A stretch of 64,000 nucleotides of DNA from Octopus bimaculoides. Taxonomy: Eukaryota. The first letter of the stretch is position 1. Each line of letters starts with the position of its first letter. Location of the stretch: assembly GCF_001194135.2 (NCBI RefSeq), contig NC_068988.1, forward strand, positions 5,453,084 through 5,517,083, read 5' to 3'. This document shows positions 38,744 through 51,829 of the stretch, in pieces. The translations under genes and the position numbers were made by a program. The notes beneath the pieces were generated by a model that did no database searches, was not told the DNA's origin, and saw only the letters and a program-made list of their open reading frames with translations.

Positions 38744-38880
38744 ATTGCAAATTCATGACGTACACCCCATCAACTATTGCTGTTGGATGTATTGGTGCAG
38801 CTATGCAAGGTCTCACTAATACACCAATGGTGAATTTTAATTTACTTCAGAAGCTACATGAAATCACACATATTGAATTA
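38744..38880 (+). CDS. CCND: Cyclin D exon 4
   Basis: (D)CKFMTYTPSTIAVGCIGAAMQGL...LLQKLHEITHIEL; GTAAGA donor. Confidence 0.94.
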
Positions 38881-39039
38881 GTAAGAAACCTTTTAAAATT
38901 TTATATATGAAATGTTACGAAAAAGCTTATTGAACTTGATCCATTTCTAAATTCAAAAATTAATACATGACCAAAATTGTTTTAATTTAAACATATTAAG
39001 TTGTAATTCTCTTGTTTGTACCACTCAACCTAACTTAAT

Positions 39040-39300
39040 TTTTACTTGTCTGGTGAGGATGTAATCAATCTGGCTGGTTTCCTGAAGTTAGTTTTGCAGA
39101 TCATTAGATTATTTGGACCACAGAACTCCAGCATCCTTGTTCCTTCCTTATTTCTAAAACCAAAGCTGTAATCTCCATGCACACTGTAAAATCTATGCCC
39201 CTTGAAATCACCAGTCTCAATATCCAAGTCTCTGTTATTTGTTGTTGAGTCTGCAAAAGAACCTCATAAAATTGGTTGTTCTGATCATCTGCATGTCCAG
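39040..39300 (-). mobile_element. RTE LINE endonuclease-region fragment
   Basis: VHGDYSFGFRNKEGTRMLEFC..NNLMICKTNFRKP is typical of RTE APE domains. Confidence 0.7.
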
Positions 39301-40396
39301 ACTGGGATTATAGGCAGAGATAAATGTAACTGTTAATTTATCTAAGTCTTAGCTTAACTTATCTTATCACATACTCTGACTGCTTCACTTACCTTATCTA
39401 CCCATTTTTCTGCTAAAAGTACACCTATATCACCCACCCCATCAGTTGCCTACCCAAGAGAATTTGAACCTCTGTTTCTTACCTATAAGGAATCTAGCAG
39501 AGGCTTCTCTCCATTTTACTGTTTGCACATGTCTACATGTTGTCGCTCCAGCATTTCAGTGTTCTCATTGGTTCTGGGCCTTCCTTTCGTTTTGCTGCCA
39601 TTATTTGTGGAATAGGAAGGAAGAGTGAGAAGACAGTCATGGAACTTTTGTCAGCACCCGAAAAGAGATGTGTATATGCATGTTTATATCTGCATTTCTG
39701 CTTTACTGATTAACTATTAGTGTTGGTTTGTTTATGTTCTTGTAAGAACATAAGTTAGGCAAAGAGCAACCAATAGAATAAGTACCAATAAATAAAAAAT
39801 TAAGTGCTGGGTTTAATTTTAATGACAAAATCCCTTGAAGGTGGTATAGTTCAATGATTGAAACAAATAAAAAAAATATGTGGACCTCTGTTCGTTGCTA
39901 GTACCGCTGGACTGGCCCCTGTGCAGGTGGCATGTAAATACACCATTTTGAGCGTGGCCGTTGTCAGTACCCCCTGACTGGCCTTCGTGCTGGTGGCACG
40001 TAAAAGCACCCACTACACTCATGGAGTGGTTGGCGTTAGGAAGGGCATCCACCTGTAGAAACTCTGCCAAATCAGATTGGAGCCTGGTGTAGCCATCTGG
40101 TTCACCAGTCCTCAGTCAAATCGTCCAACCCATGCTAGCATGGAAAGCGGATGTTAAACGATGATGATGATGTATGTAGATGTTATATTTGTGTGAGGCA
40201 TACATAAGTGTTGAAACTTCTGGGAAATATTTTTCCTATTTATTCACTATTACATATATTTCATTTGCTAACAGGCATTACAAAATTGTACATGTAAGAT
40301 ATCTCCTATTAGAAATTCTATTCTTCAGACAGGGAATCAAATTATTTGATTTCCAATCTCCTGTTTTGATATATATATCTACAATTAATATTTTAA

Positions 40397-40614
40397 CCCT
40401 TTAGTGTTTAAACCAGCCATATCTGGCCCAAATATTCTATGTTTTATTTTCAAACTGGCTATATCTAGCCTCTCACACTTAACCTACATTGACATTCTAG
40501 ATATAAACAATCACATCATTGAAACCTCAAAGCTATAAGATAATGCATGATTAATTCAAAACAATTTGAGTAAAAAAATGTTACATTTAACAGAGTAATC
40601 TAAACACTAAAGGG
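40397..40614. mobile_element. piggyBac-type MITE (218 bp)
   Basis: TTAA on both sides; TIRs CCCTTTAGTGTTTA / TAAACACTAAAGGG; a related partial copy at about 30690-30800. Confidence 0.85.
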
Positions 40615-40715
40615 TTAAAGAAGCAAATAACTGAAATGAAAATGAACTAAAGATTAATATAAAGAAATAATGAAAACTATTTGTTGATGTAAATTTTTTT
40701 TGTTTTTTGTTTTAG

Positions 40716-40868
40716 GACTATTTGCGAGCTTGTCAAGATCAGATTGAACAAAAGGTTGCATATAATTTGTCGAATTTGAATATTCAAGAAGTTGATATTG
40801 CATCTAAAAATCATACTGTTAAAGAACACCCCACAACTCCAACAGGTGTAAATGACATAAATTTCTGA
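40716..40868 (+). CDS. CCND: Cyclin D exon 5 (terminal)
   Basis: DYLRACQDQIEQ...EHPTTPTGVNDINF*; total CDS 861 nt (286 aa). Confidence 0.95.
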   Translation, partial: DYLRACQDQIEQKVAYNLSNLNIQEVDIASKNHTVKEHPTTPTGVNDINF

Positions 40869-43800
40869 AGAATTTTTTTAAGGCAATACCTTGGTGATTT
40901 TGTTTTATTTTCATCTCTAAAATTAAAAATTAAAACTGTGTTTTTGTCCAAGAGAAATTTCTTGACATTGGATAGATTTCTCCTGAAATTCATCTGATAT
41001 AAACCTACTGGCTGTGAAAACTTTCATCTTGTAGTTACCTATAAAGCAATTCTTTATAAGGATTTCCAAACTATCCTAAAGAATTGTTATTAAAATATCT
41101 ATATTTTTCATCATATTGATGAGCATCACTTCAAGAAATCTTACAAAAATGATGCCTTTTTGTTGTTTGTAAATTGCCTATTACAAAACTGATTGCTTTT
41201 AAATCAAATATTGCTATTTCGTATGGTTTCTTTGTTAATTTCTGCCTAGAACATTATTTATAATAGAATTAAGTTTATATTAAAATACTCTAGCAATTGT
41301 TGTTCCTAATTTTTTAACTTGATGAATTTTATGTTTAATCTGATTCTAATCTGCACTTTCTAATAAAGATTTTTCTCCCAGGTAGTGTTGTTGCTGAAAA
41401 TATGGAGATTAATTTTGGCTTAATATTCTAAAATAGAAATTGCTTTAGGACCAGAAATTAGAAACATATTACACATGGCAGAGAGTTGACTGGGGTGTTA
41501 GCACTTGAGACAAAATGTTTTGCAGTATTTTTTGTTCTGACTTTCAGTTCAAGTCCCACCATGGTTGATTTTGCTTTTTATTCTTTTATAGTCAATAAAA
41601 CCAGTTGACCTGTCCAGGCAGTGAATTGATTGAATTGTTAGAACAAGCGACAAAATGCTTTGCTACATATGTTTCAATTCTTTGCAGAGTTTTGGGAGAT
41701 AATTTGTTGGTTGGTTTAGCAGGATTCACTCTGTTGCTGGTATTCGAGTCAGTTCTCTGATTCGGAAATGATTTACTTCCACCTGTCTTGTAGACTCTGG
41801 AAAAATAAAGGGTTATGGATTTTGCCTTTCCCTCCCCAAGCAGTAAAAAAAAAAGCAATGTATTATATATAAATTATCCTGCAAAAAGCAGTGAAAATAT
41901 TGCACATGTTTTACTACAAAATAAGTAATATAGACTTTTGTACATAGTATGGACATACTTGCTAATTTTTTTGAAGCTCATTTTTCTAGTTGAGTGAAAA
42001 GTGTTAATTTATGCAATGAGATATTAATGATGGGACAGCAGCAAAAAAATTTAAGTGTTAATCTATGTATATCATCATCATCATCATCATCGTTTAACGT
42101 CCGCTTTCCATGCTAGCATGGGTTGGACGATTTGACTGAGGACTGGTGAAACCGGATGGCAACACCAGGCTCCAATCTAATTTGGCAGAGTTTCTACAGC
42201 TGGATGCCCTTCCTAACGCCAACCACTCAGATAGAATTATTTTGGGACTTAACTTTTAATAATATTTATTATCATTGACTTATTTATTGTTTTAATACTT
42301 CAGACAGTTGTAAACTTTACAGATTTTTGCACTGTCATTGTTTGAAACACTCAAGTCACTAGATGTTACACGTTTTATTTAATCTTTAATCCTCAAAATA
42401 ACTTGAAATTGTTTAAATGGTTGATCATTTTGTGCAGCTGTATGTCTTCAGAATTCAGTGTGGAATCATTGTTACTAAACAACGAGTCTAAATTGTACAG
42501 ATAACCTGTATAATTTTATTTTGTCATAAATTTTGGATTTGGGATGAGAGGCACTTAATGAAACAGTAATTACTCTCATTATGTTGGTCCTGCAATTGTT
42601 TTTATGATAGTGCTGATATTTTCATATGCTTTGTTACTTGATGAAATTATAATTTCAAATTTATTGAAATTTTCCATCATTATCCTTGTCTTTGTAATGT
42701 CAACGGTACCTCTAGCATTTGTAAGTTCCAAAGAGGCAAGCAAGTGTTGTTTGTGGACCAATGTCTGTAAATACATCACAATCACCACCTTCAACATACA
42801 AATCAAAACCTGTCACTGTAACAGTCGACAAGTTTTGATTTTTACTATATAAGCAGTTGAATTCTTGGTCCAGCCATTTGTATAAGGGAGAAAAGCATAT
42901 TAAAAATTAATTTGCTTCTTATTTTCCTTTCTCTCAAAAGTATTATAAGTATGAAACTCAATATGTTATATTGTTTATACATTTAATATTTCATACTTCC
43001 CAATAGCTCCATATCCATAGATATAGTCCTGTTTCTGCATGTTGTGTGGAACAGTACATAGTCAAGTATTCTTAAACTCAAGCTTATTGCTCTCAAAAAA
43101 CAAAAGAAAAAAAAAATCCCAACTTTTAAAATTTACATTTTATATTTTGCCTTAAATCTACCTCTTGTTTGGAGGCTCCGAAATACTGTAGTTGGACATG
43201 ATGGCAGGGTCAAATAATTATGCTGATGAAATCAGAATATCCAACAATACACAACATCATTTATGAGCAGCGTAATTTTTTCCTTAGTGATTTTTACAGT
43301 ATTTTCTTCTAAATTCTTTCTATACAATATCCATTATGATTTAAAATTTAATAGGAGAATATATTTTTGTTGACTTTTAAATATTATAGAAAGTTTTTTT
43401 TTTTGCAAAGCTAAAAATTGATATCTTAGTATGACATGTATTCAATTTTCTGCAACATTATTAAATATGCAAATTATAGAATATTTTTTTTTTAACTTTG
43501 CAGACATATGTCTAGATTTTCAAGTACTAATATTCTCATTTACAATATTAATTACTTTATGACTTGTTTAATTTAAGTCCTTTAAAGAAAACTTTGTAAA
43601 ATAACAAAAATAGCTAGTTATTCATTTTAACAATGAGTTGAATATATATATCAGTATATTATTTGATATATTATTAGGTTTACAGTGTAATTAGAATTAT
43701 TCTAAGATAATTTTTATTTGTTTAAAGACTAGAGAACTTAATAGTGTTAAATCCATGGTTGTATCTCACTAAGCTGCAAACGCTTTTTCTATTTCCATTT

Positions 43801-46800
43801 AAAACGAAAGGTGTATAAAGTTTAAAAATAGTAACACTACAATGAAAAAAGATCAGTGTTAATATATCCCTCTTCTAATTTTTACATAGTATAATAGTTT
43901 ACAAAAATAATTGTCTAGAAGACACATCAACGAATGAAAATAGTTTGTGACAAATATTTTGGGTTTTAAATCTTGTCTCAAACATTTGGTTGCTCAGTGA
44001 AAGGTTTTGAAAATTTTAGATGTTGTACTTTATTTTATGAAGTTGATTATAATATTTCTTATTCCATCATTTATATATATATATAAATCTTAAAACTGTG
44101 GTACTGCTGCTCAACATGTCAGTAGGCAAAAAGATATTAAATCAATAAATGATGACTGTGATTATAAAAGTTTGATGTCATTTTTCAAGGCTTATTTATT
44201 AATTCAAATTGCCTACATTTATCTTTTTCAACTAATTCATAAGCTACATTAATATTTGACTACCGTGTCACAGCTCTGAAGACTTCATTTTTCTAATCAC
44301 TCGTGCTATATTTTTGACAATATTACCTGTTAATTCCCCTCCAGGTCCATTTTAACCCTTTCATTACCAACCTGCCCGTCATCATAGAACACCAGAGCAC
44401 ATCTGTATTTGCCTATTTATATATAAATATCATTACTACATTAATAATAACATGATTTTACTACATAAACACTTGTATACTCAGAATTTTGTCTTTTCCA
44501 AATGTTTTTTAAAAAAATTTCTATAAGCATTGTCCTTTCTTTAAAGTAAGTAAATTTATTTAAGCGTCAAATTTATTAGTTGTTCTGAATTAGAATGATG
44601 GTGGTTTCAGTTTTCAAATGTGTCATGTTGGATAGAAGTATTTAAAGTAATGGATGAAACAAAAACTTTTCAAATATTTCTATTCGAAAATTTCAGAAGA
44701 AACTATACCCAATCACTCATTAACTCTAATTTAACCCTTATACAAAGAAAAAGGAGAGCAAACTAAAGAAAATTAAGGCACTTTTGCCACGAATATAGTA
44801 ATAAACATTTTTAGTAAGCTATCTTGGTTAAAACGTCAGATTTTTACCTGTAATTGGAGTAGTTTTGAAACAAATTCCATAACAGATTTAAGAAAGTATC
44901 TTTCTCTGTCCAAAATACCACTTAAAATTTAAAAAAATGTTATTTTATGGAATGATTATTTTAGAATTCTGTTGAACTCTTGTAGTGTATTTTTAGTTAG
45001 AAATATAATCATAAAAATGTCAAGTATACATTCATGTTCAGGGCGAAAACAAGTCTAGATTATGAAGATGTTGCATATGGGAATTGTCAAGCAATGAGAA
45101 CTCTAAGCTTGAAATAGCAACCAGGTCTTTAAATCATACCCTTCCATTTTATATAAATACATGATACATCAAGTACCTGACAATTTTAAGAAAAGCTTCT
45201 TTCATGCCAGTGGAATCAGTGCTATTGTTATAGGATTTCTGCAACTGGGCTTGATGGAACTTATACTACTGGCACTTTTGAATATTGGTGGAAAAGCATC
45301 CAATCAAAGATCAGGAGTCTTTTCTCAATTACTGATGAACATATTAAATAATGCCTTTCATCAGGATTGATCTGTAACTGAGCATTATGTCCTACGTAAG
45401 TTAGATATTTATTTATTCTTGCAGTGTTAGATCAGTATTATGCATCAATGGGCTTACGAGTTGTAATTTAAAGGTGAAAAAATCATCAGAAAAGTAAAAC
45501 AATGTCCAGGAATGAAATGTGTTGCACACTATTATTTCTTCTTACGTCTGTATATGCTCAACTTTGTAATCATGAATTTATCTGTATTTCTCAGTTTTCT
45601 GGTTTATAAAGACCATTTTGAATGATAGGGGAGATTTGTATAATAGGAACATTTGGGGCAGCTAAAGAAATGACAAATTAGGATACTTTCAATATAGAGC
45701 AAATATATACATTGGGGTTAAATATTCCATATTATGTCTAAAATCGAGTTTTTTTTTTTTTTATACAAGAATTTGTCATTGTGACATTGACTGGGGAAAA
45801 CATGCAGCCATATATACTTTTTGGCTCTGATTTGGTGCTTGTTCACCAGAATTTCAGGATAATTTTTCTAATTCTATTTTTAAAGTCATCTTTGTATGTT
45901 GTTTTTATTATTATTATGATTGTTATTAACACTGTCACATGCTAATCTTGTATGTATTGTTTAAAATACCCCTAAAATTAATTTGTTACATTTAAAAATT
46001 TCCCATTAGGAAGAAAATACTCTGGGAGCAGATTACTGCCTAAAATAATCCTTAGAAAGTTCATGTTAGCCTTTTCAATCTATAGGTCCTTGTTAGCTCT
46101 TTAAAATAATTCCTTCTTTTCAGAACAAATATATGCAAAGAGGAATAAAAACAGTTCCTGGACTGACTTGCCAGATTCCTTGAAAATGTCTTTCAGCAGA
46201 GCTGTGATATACCCCTTGCTGGCAGGGTTACCAAGGATAAATCAAGTTTCTGGTTAATTTTATTTTCAAAATTGCTATTATCATTTTGTCCCTCCTTCTG
46301 CTACTTGTACTTATTAAAAAAAGTGTGCAAGAAAGAAAGCTTATAACTGTATTTGTAACTGCAAACAGGAACAACGAGTCTCTTGAAATATCTTCAGAAC
46401 TTTTTATTTATTTTGTTTTTCAAGAGTATCACCTTTCTTGAGTTGTATTAGGGAGTAAGTTCTGAAATTTTTTCTATAAACAAAATTTGCTTTTTTTTTG
46501 ATTCAGCTTGTCTTTTTCTAAACACTTTTCCATTCCAATTTTATCCAAAGCAGAGTGTTCAACAATACTGTCCCAATATTTGAATTTGATAAGTAAAAAT
46601 GCTATGCCATATTGGCTAGAGACTTATTTTCAAGTTCACTGTGCTAACTGAACCAACTATGTGAGAAATGGTTAGATCTTAACATGCATACTTCTCAAAA
46701 ATAAGGCCATATCAAATCACAGATGTCTTGCAGACCAAATGTATTCTGGTGTACGGGTTTCCCTATGTGATAAAATGAATGTTTCAAGCAAGAAGTGTAA

Positions 46801-47222
46801 GTTAATTTACTTGAAAGCACCAAAAAATTTTAATTACTGATATTTTCTACAACAATGTAATTTGTTTTCTTTAATTTATTGGATACTTTAAAATGTGTTG
46901 TTGTTGTTTTGAAGAATGCATTTTTCAAGATGGTAACTATGAACATTTTCATGAATTTATTTTTAATTCTTTTAAAAATCTAATAAAGGCTTACTTCTTA
47001 TGCTTTGGGTTTTGTTATTTTTACATTCTATTATTCAAACTTGTGCATGACCAAATTCAAAAACAAATACCTGGTTTTTTTCTAACGATACAAGCTTGAA
47101 TGAAGGAGCTGAAAGAATGCACTAACGGTCCTTTGAAGCATTTCTGAAACTAGTATAATTTCCATAACATGAAGGTAATAAGTACTGATGAAAAAAGTGA
47201 AACTGGTTACCATGTTTGCTAA

Positions 47223-48400
47223 TCATCATCATCATCGTCGTTTAACGTCCGCTTTCCATGCTAGCATGGGTTGGACGATTTGACTGAGGACTGGCAAGCC
47301 AGAAGGCTGCACCAGGCTCCAATCTGATCTGGTAGAGTGCCTACAGCTGGATGCCCTTCCTAATGCCAACCACTCTGAGAGTGTAGTGAGTGCTTTTACG
47401 TGCCACCGGCACGAGGGCCAGTCACACGGTACTGGCAATGGCAAGGCTCAAAAAGGTGTTTTTTACGTGCCACCTGCACGGGAGCCAGTCCAGCAGAACT
47501 GGCAACGATCTCGCTCGAATGATTTTCTAATGTGCCACCAGCACAAGTGCTACAAGGCAATGCAGGTAACGATTACGCTCAAATGGTGCTATTTACGAGC
47601 CACTAGCACAGAAGCCAAACAGCTGCCCTGGCAATGAACACGCTCAGACAGTGCTGTTAGTGCTCCACTAACATATATATATCATCATCGTTTAACGTCT
47701 GCTTTCCATGCTAGCATGGGTTGGACGATTTGACTGAGGACTGGTGAAACCGGATGGCAATACCAGGCTCCAATCTAAATTTGGCAGAGTTTCTACAGCT
47801 GGATGCCCTTCCTAATGCCAACCACTCAGAGAGTGTAGTAGGTGCTTTTACGTGTCACCTGCACGAAGGCCAGTCAGGCGACACTGGCAACGGCCACGCT
47901 CGAAATGGTGTCTTTTATGTGCCACCCGCACAAGAGCCAGTCCAGGGGCACTGGCAACGATCTNNNNNNNNNNNNNNNNNNNNNNNNNNNNNNNNNNNNN
48001 NNNNNNNNNNNNNNNNNNNNNNNNNNNNNNNNNNNNNNNNNNNNNNNNNNNNNNNNNNNNNNNNNNNNNNNNNNNNNNNNNNNNNNATGGTGCATCTTAT
48101 GTGCCACCCGCACAAGAGCCAGTCCAGGGGCACTGGCAACGATCTTACTTGGCTTGCCGGGTCTTCTAACGCACAGCACATTTCTAAAGGTCTCGGTCAG
48201 TAGTCATCGCCTCGGTGAGGCCCAATGTACGAAGGTCTTCCTGGGCCTACCTCTTCCACGGGTTCCCTCAACTGTTAGGGTGTGACACTTTTTCAGGCAG
48301 CTATCCTCATCCATTCTCACCACATGTCCATACCAGCGCAATCGTCTCTCTTGCACACCACAACTGATGCTTCTAATGTTCAGCTTTTCTCTCAAGATAC
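47223..48400 (-). mobile_element. Two adjacent RTE 3' ends (one includes an N gap)
   Basis: (CAT)n tails at about 47223 and 47683; the C-terminal ORF REKLNIRSISCGVQERRLRWYGH lies at 48204-48395. Confidence 0.85.
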
Positions 48401-51136
48401 TTACACTCTGACGGGTAGAAAATATGTGCCAAGGTTTCCTATGAATAAATTTGCTTGTATTTTTTAGTAAACAAGTTGAAGTAATCCAATATAATTTGTG
48501 TTCTATTAAAGCAAATTATTTTAATACTGTAGTTTTTATAAATGATGAAATGCTATTGTGTTTGTACTGAAAACTGAGGATATTACAATAATAATAATCC
48601 TTTCTGCTATAGGCACAAGGCCTGAAATTTAGGGAGAGGGGACTAGCCAATTGACTCCAGTATTTTACAGGTACTTAATTTATTGACCCCTGAAAGGATG
48701 AAAGGCAAACTACTGCTAAGCATTTCATCCAGCACACTGCCTTAATAATAATGATGCAGTTATTTATCAATATTTGTCATAACTTACCTACAAAAATGAT
48801 CCCCTTTTGGAAATTATCCATAATTTATTTCGTCAGTTCAGAATAATTTAATTTAACAATTGCCTTTGTTTTATTTGTCCCTCTAATGTGTAACAGTAAT
48901 TTTTTTCCCTCACCTTACAGTTTATTTCTCAGTTATATAAACACATGTAGCAAATATCAAAAGTATTTAAAATATTTGATAAACATTTATGTACTACATA
49001 GTATGTGTTAGAAAACCTAAATCTAAAATGATTAAAGCATATTTTGAAACTTTTCCCCGTGGAACTTTATAATCAGATGAGTTTCATGGTCTATTGACCA
49101 TTCATCAGAAGAGCACTCCTTTTGCCCATGAAGAGAATTTAGAGCCTTTGCTATTTATAACAAATACAATCAAGAACTTAGCTATGCTAGGTAGACTATT
49201 TTCTATACTATTCATTTGCCAGTGGCTTGAATTATGCCCAACACAGCAAGTGTAATTTTATATGCATACATCTTTCTATCCCATTCAGCCCCACTACCGT
49301 ACTTGTTTTCAAAGCAAAAGACATTTTAATCCACAGGTCTTTGAAAGCACATTGTGAAGGATCATTTAAACATGATTCACAGCATTACTCAAAGCAAAGC
49401 TGTGCAATATCAGTATTTACTTATGAGGTGCTGGGTTGGTCCAGTTCAGTTGTATAAGACCTGCAGACTGGAATGCAGCCTAGAAATGGTTGGTTTTGAA
49501 CTTCTTAATGGCATAACCATGCCACTACCATTTATAAAATATATTAGCTTTCGATGGAAACTCCTTCATGTACTGTTCTATTTGTTATCTTACCTATTCA
49601 AATTGGGATGCCACTTGTATGATGGTCAATAGCTTTGGACCTGATGCTATTCAATCTTTTTTATCACCCATGCTGTTACAAGGTGGCTTAAAAAAGACTC
49701 CCAACATATTGTACTGTACAATTTCTCCCATTCAACAGCTTGACAGTTGGGACTGAGCTTACTAGAGATTATAACAGTTTACTTGTGGAAGCACTGAGTA
49801 CTCTTTTTGTATATCTATAAGCCCTGTTCTCAAATAGAAATATGTAGACACATCACATGAGTAGGTGAGCAAATGAAAGAAAGCAGCACTCAACATTGTT
49901 GTAGTTTTATGTATTTAATAACCTGTTGACTTAACTTTAGAGTCATGGATGTAAGAAAACATGCATGTCCTTATACGTCTGGAGTCAGATTGGAGAGAAT
50001 TTAAGATGGTTTCACAGTGGCAATATTTAGGCCTCCATTGGTCAGTTCAGCTAGTCCACAACAGCAATTCTTGCATTTTTGCTCCCTGCAGTTGATAGGA
50101 TGGATGTTAGTGTCAATTGGTCCTCTATGAAGAATGGCAATTCAGCAACAGCAGTTACTATTTCATTTGGCAGTATCAGGTTACATATCAATGTGTTGTG
50201 CATGGTTGCTTGCTCTAAATACAGATGGATGATAGTACATGGAATAGGAGATAATCTTGCTGGGGATTAACAAGGATCACAACTCTTAAGCAGCTGTGAA
50301 ATTTCTGAGTTTCCAGTGGCCAACAGATTAAAGCTCATTAACAAGGTGTATCCTTGGAAGTGACTGCAATAGGATGGATACTATATGTAGTTGACAACTG
50401 TGAACACCAGATGAGTAAGGAGGAGTCCTGGAGTTAAAATTGGTTACTTAGAGTATTATGTATTTTGCTAAGCCAATTCTGTTTTCCATTACATTTTTGG
50501 CACCAAGTCATTTCTATGCATGAGGCTTTTAATAGAATATTTCTATCTTTTCAGTGTTCTTACCAACTAAATTTTTCTGACACTGTTTCAAATTTTCAGT
50601 CTCAGCTATGAGAATATCGTTCCTTTTTTTATTTTTATTTTGTCTGTATAACACTGCAATCCATATTTCAACTTTTTTTTTTTATCAATTTCAAAACAAT
50701 CGTTTCTTTTTTAGTCTATACAATATCAGTAATATTACTATGTTTGTTGCAGTTAAAAGCAACAGACATCATTATTAACATGAGGCACCCGTTATTGAAG
50801 TTGAGAGCAGAAACATTAGGGATAGTCACTGAAATGCTGAAAATATCCAGCAAAAATGTGCTAGCTATCTGCATAGTTGAAAAAAAAAATATGGAGATAT
50901 ACTCTGTGACTGACACAGATTTGGTCAGCTTGGGGCTATAGTAAGAGACATTTGCCTGAGGTGCCATGCAGTGAAGCTAAACCTGAACCCAGGTAGTCGG
51001 GAAAGAAATTTCTTCACCTTACAGCCATACCCAAGAAAATGCATTCAACCCATGGAAGCATGGAAAGAAAAAAAAAAAAATGAGGATGATGAGACTATTT
51101 TAGCACAACAATCTCATAATTTGATAATCTTTGTTA

Positions 51137-51362
51137 TTATTTCAGTTCCTCAGAGATGTCAACTTGTTTAAAAAGCAGATTTAATTTTTCTTCCAAGGAT
51201 GCCTTCTCAGCTTGTTTTTCAGCTAATGTTATGTTCAATAAATTAAAACTTGCAGGCAATTTTTCATAGACTGACAATTTCATTTGAATTGTGGAAGTTA
51301 ATCTCTGCAATTTGGATACCTCCTGAGAAGTTTTCCTCAAGTGTCCATGATGTAGATGAGAT
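51137..51362 (-). CDS. HAUS1: HAUS augmin-like complex subunit 1, terminal coding exon
   Basis: tttttcag acceptor (minus). (K)SHLHHGHLRKTSQEVSKLQRLTSTIQMKLSVYEKLPASFNLLNITLAEKQAE aligns with human SLSHQSL..KLARLKQQTIPLKKKLESYLDLMPNPSLAQVKIEEAKRE. Confidence 0.85.
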
Positions 51363-51829
51363 CTGAAAAATGAATGTGAAGATCATTTATTTTATAAGAC
51401 AAGAATAAAATCAGTAGTCAAACTAACATGTCTTAATCAAATATACAAAGATACTGTAAATAAAAATTATATCGTGCTGAAACCTTAACCAAAATTTGGT
51501 AGACCAAGTTAATATAAATTTACTCAATAAAACTATATACAATTATAAATAAGTGGAACATATCAAAATTATTGCTAATTAGCACTACATGTATGTACAC
51601 TTATTTAGGGTCTCTGGGCCAGGTCAAAATTGTATTTAGGGTCATGACCAAAAAAGTTTGGGATCAACTGTCTTAAGGTATAGAGGACATTATCAAGCTT
51701 ATTGAAAATAAGTAAATGAAATTTAGTAATTGCACCAATAGCCTTCAAAAGTTATTTGAAGCAGTATTTCAAGTCCTTTTAATCTATTTATACAAGCAAA
51801 TAAAACTAAAAGCCACCTGATAACCTATC

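Noticed and set aside
45161-45370. 69-aa ORF and an LDGTY (MULE-like) peptide in another frame
   Set aside because: A single short motif with no supporting transposase context.
49960-50400. Possible very old LINE RT C-terminal remnant on the minus strand
   Set aside because: Similarity is too faint to support without an alignment.
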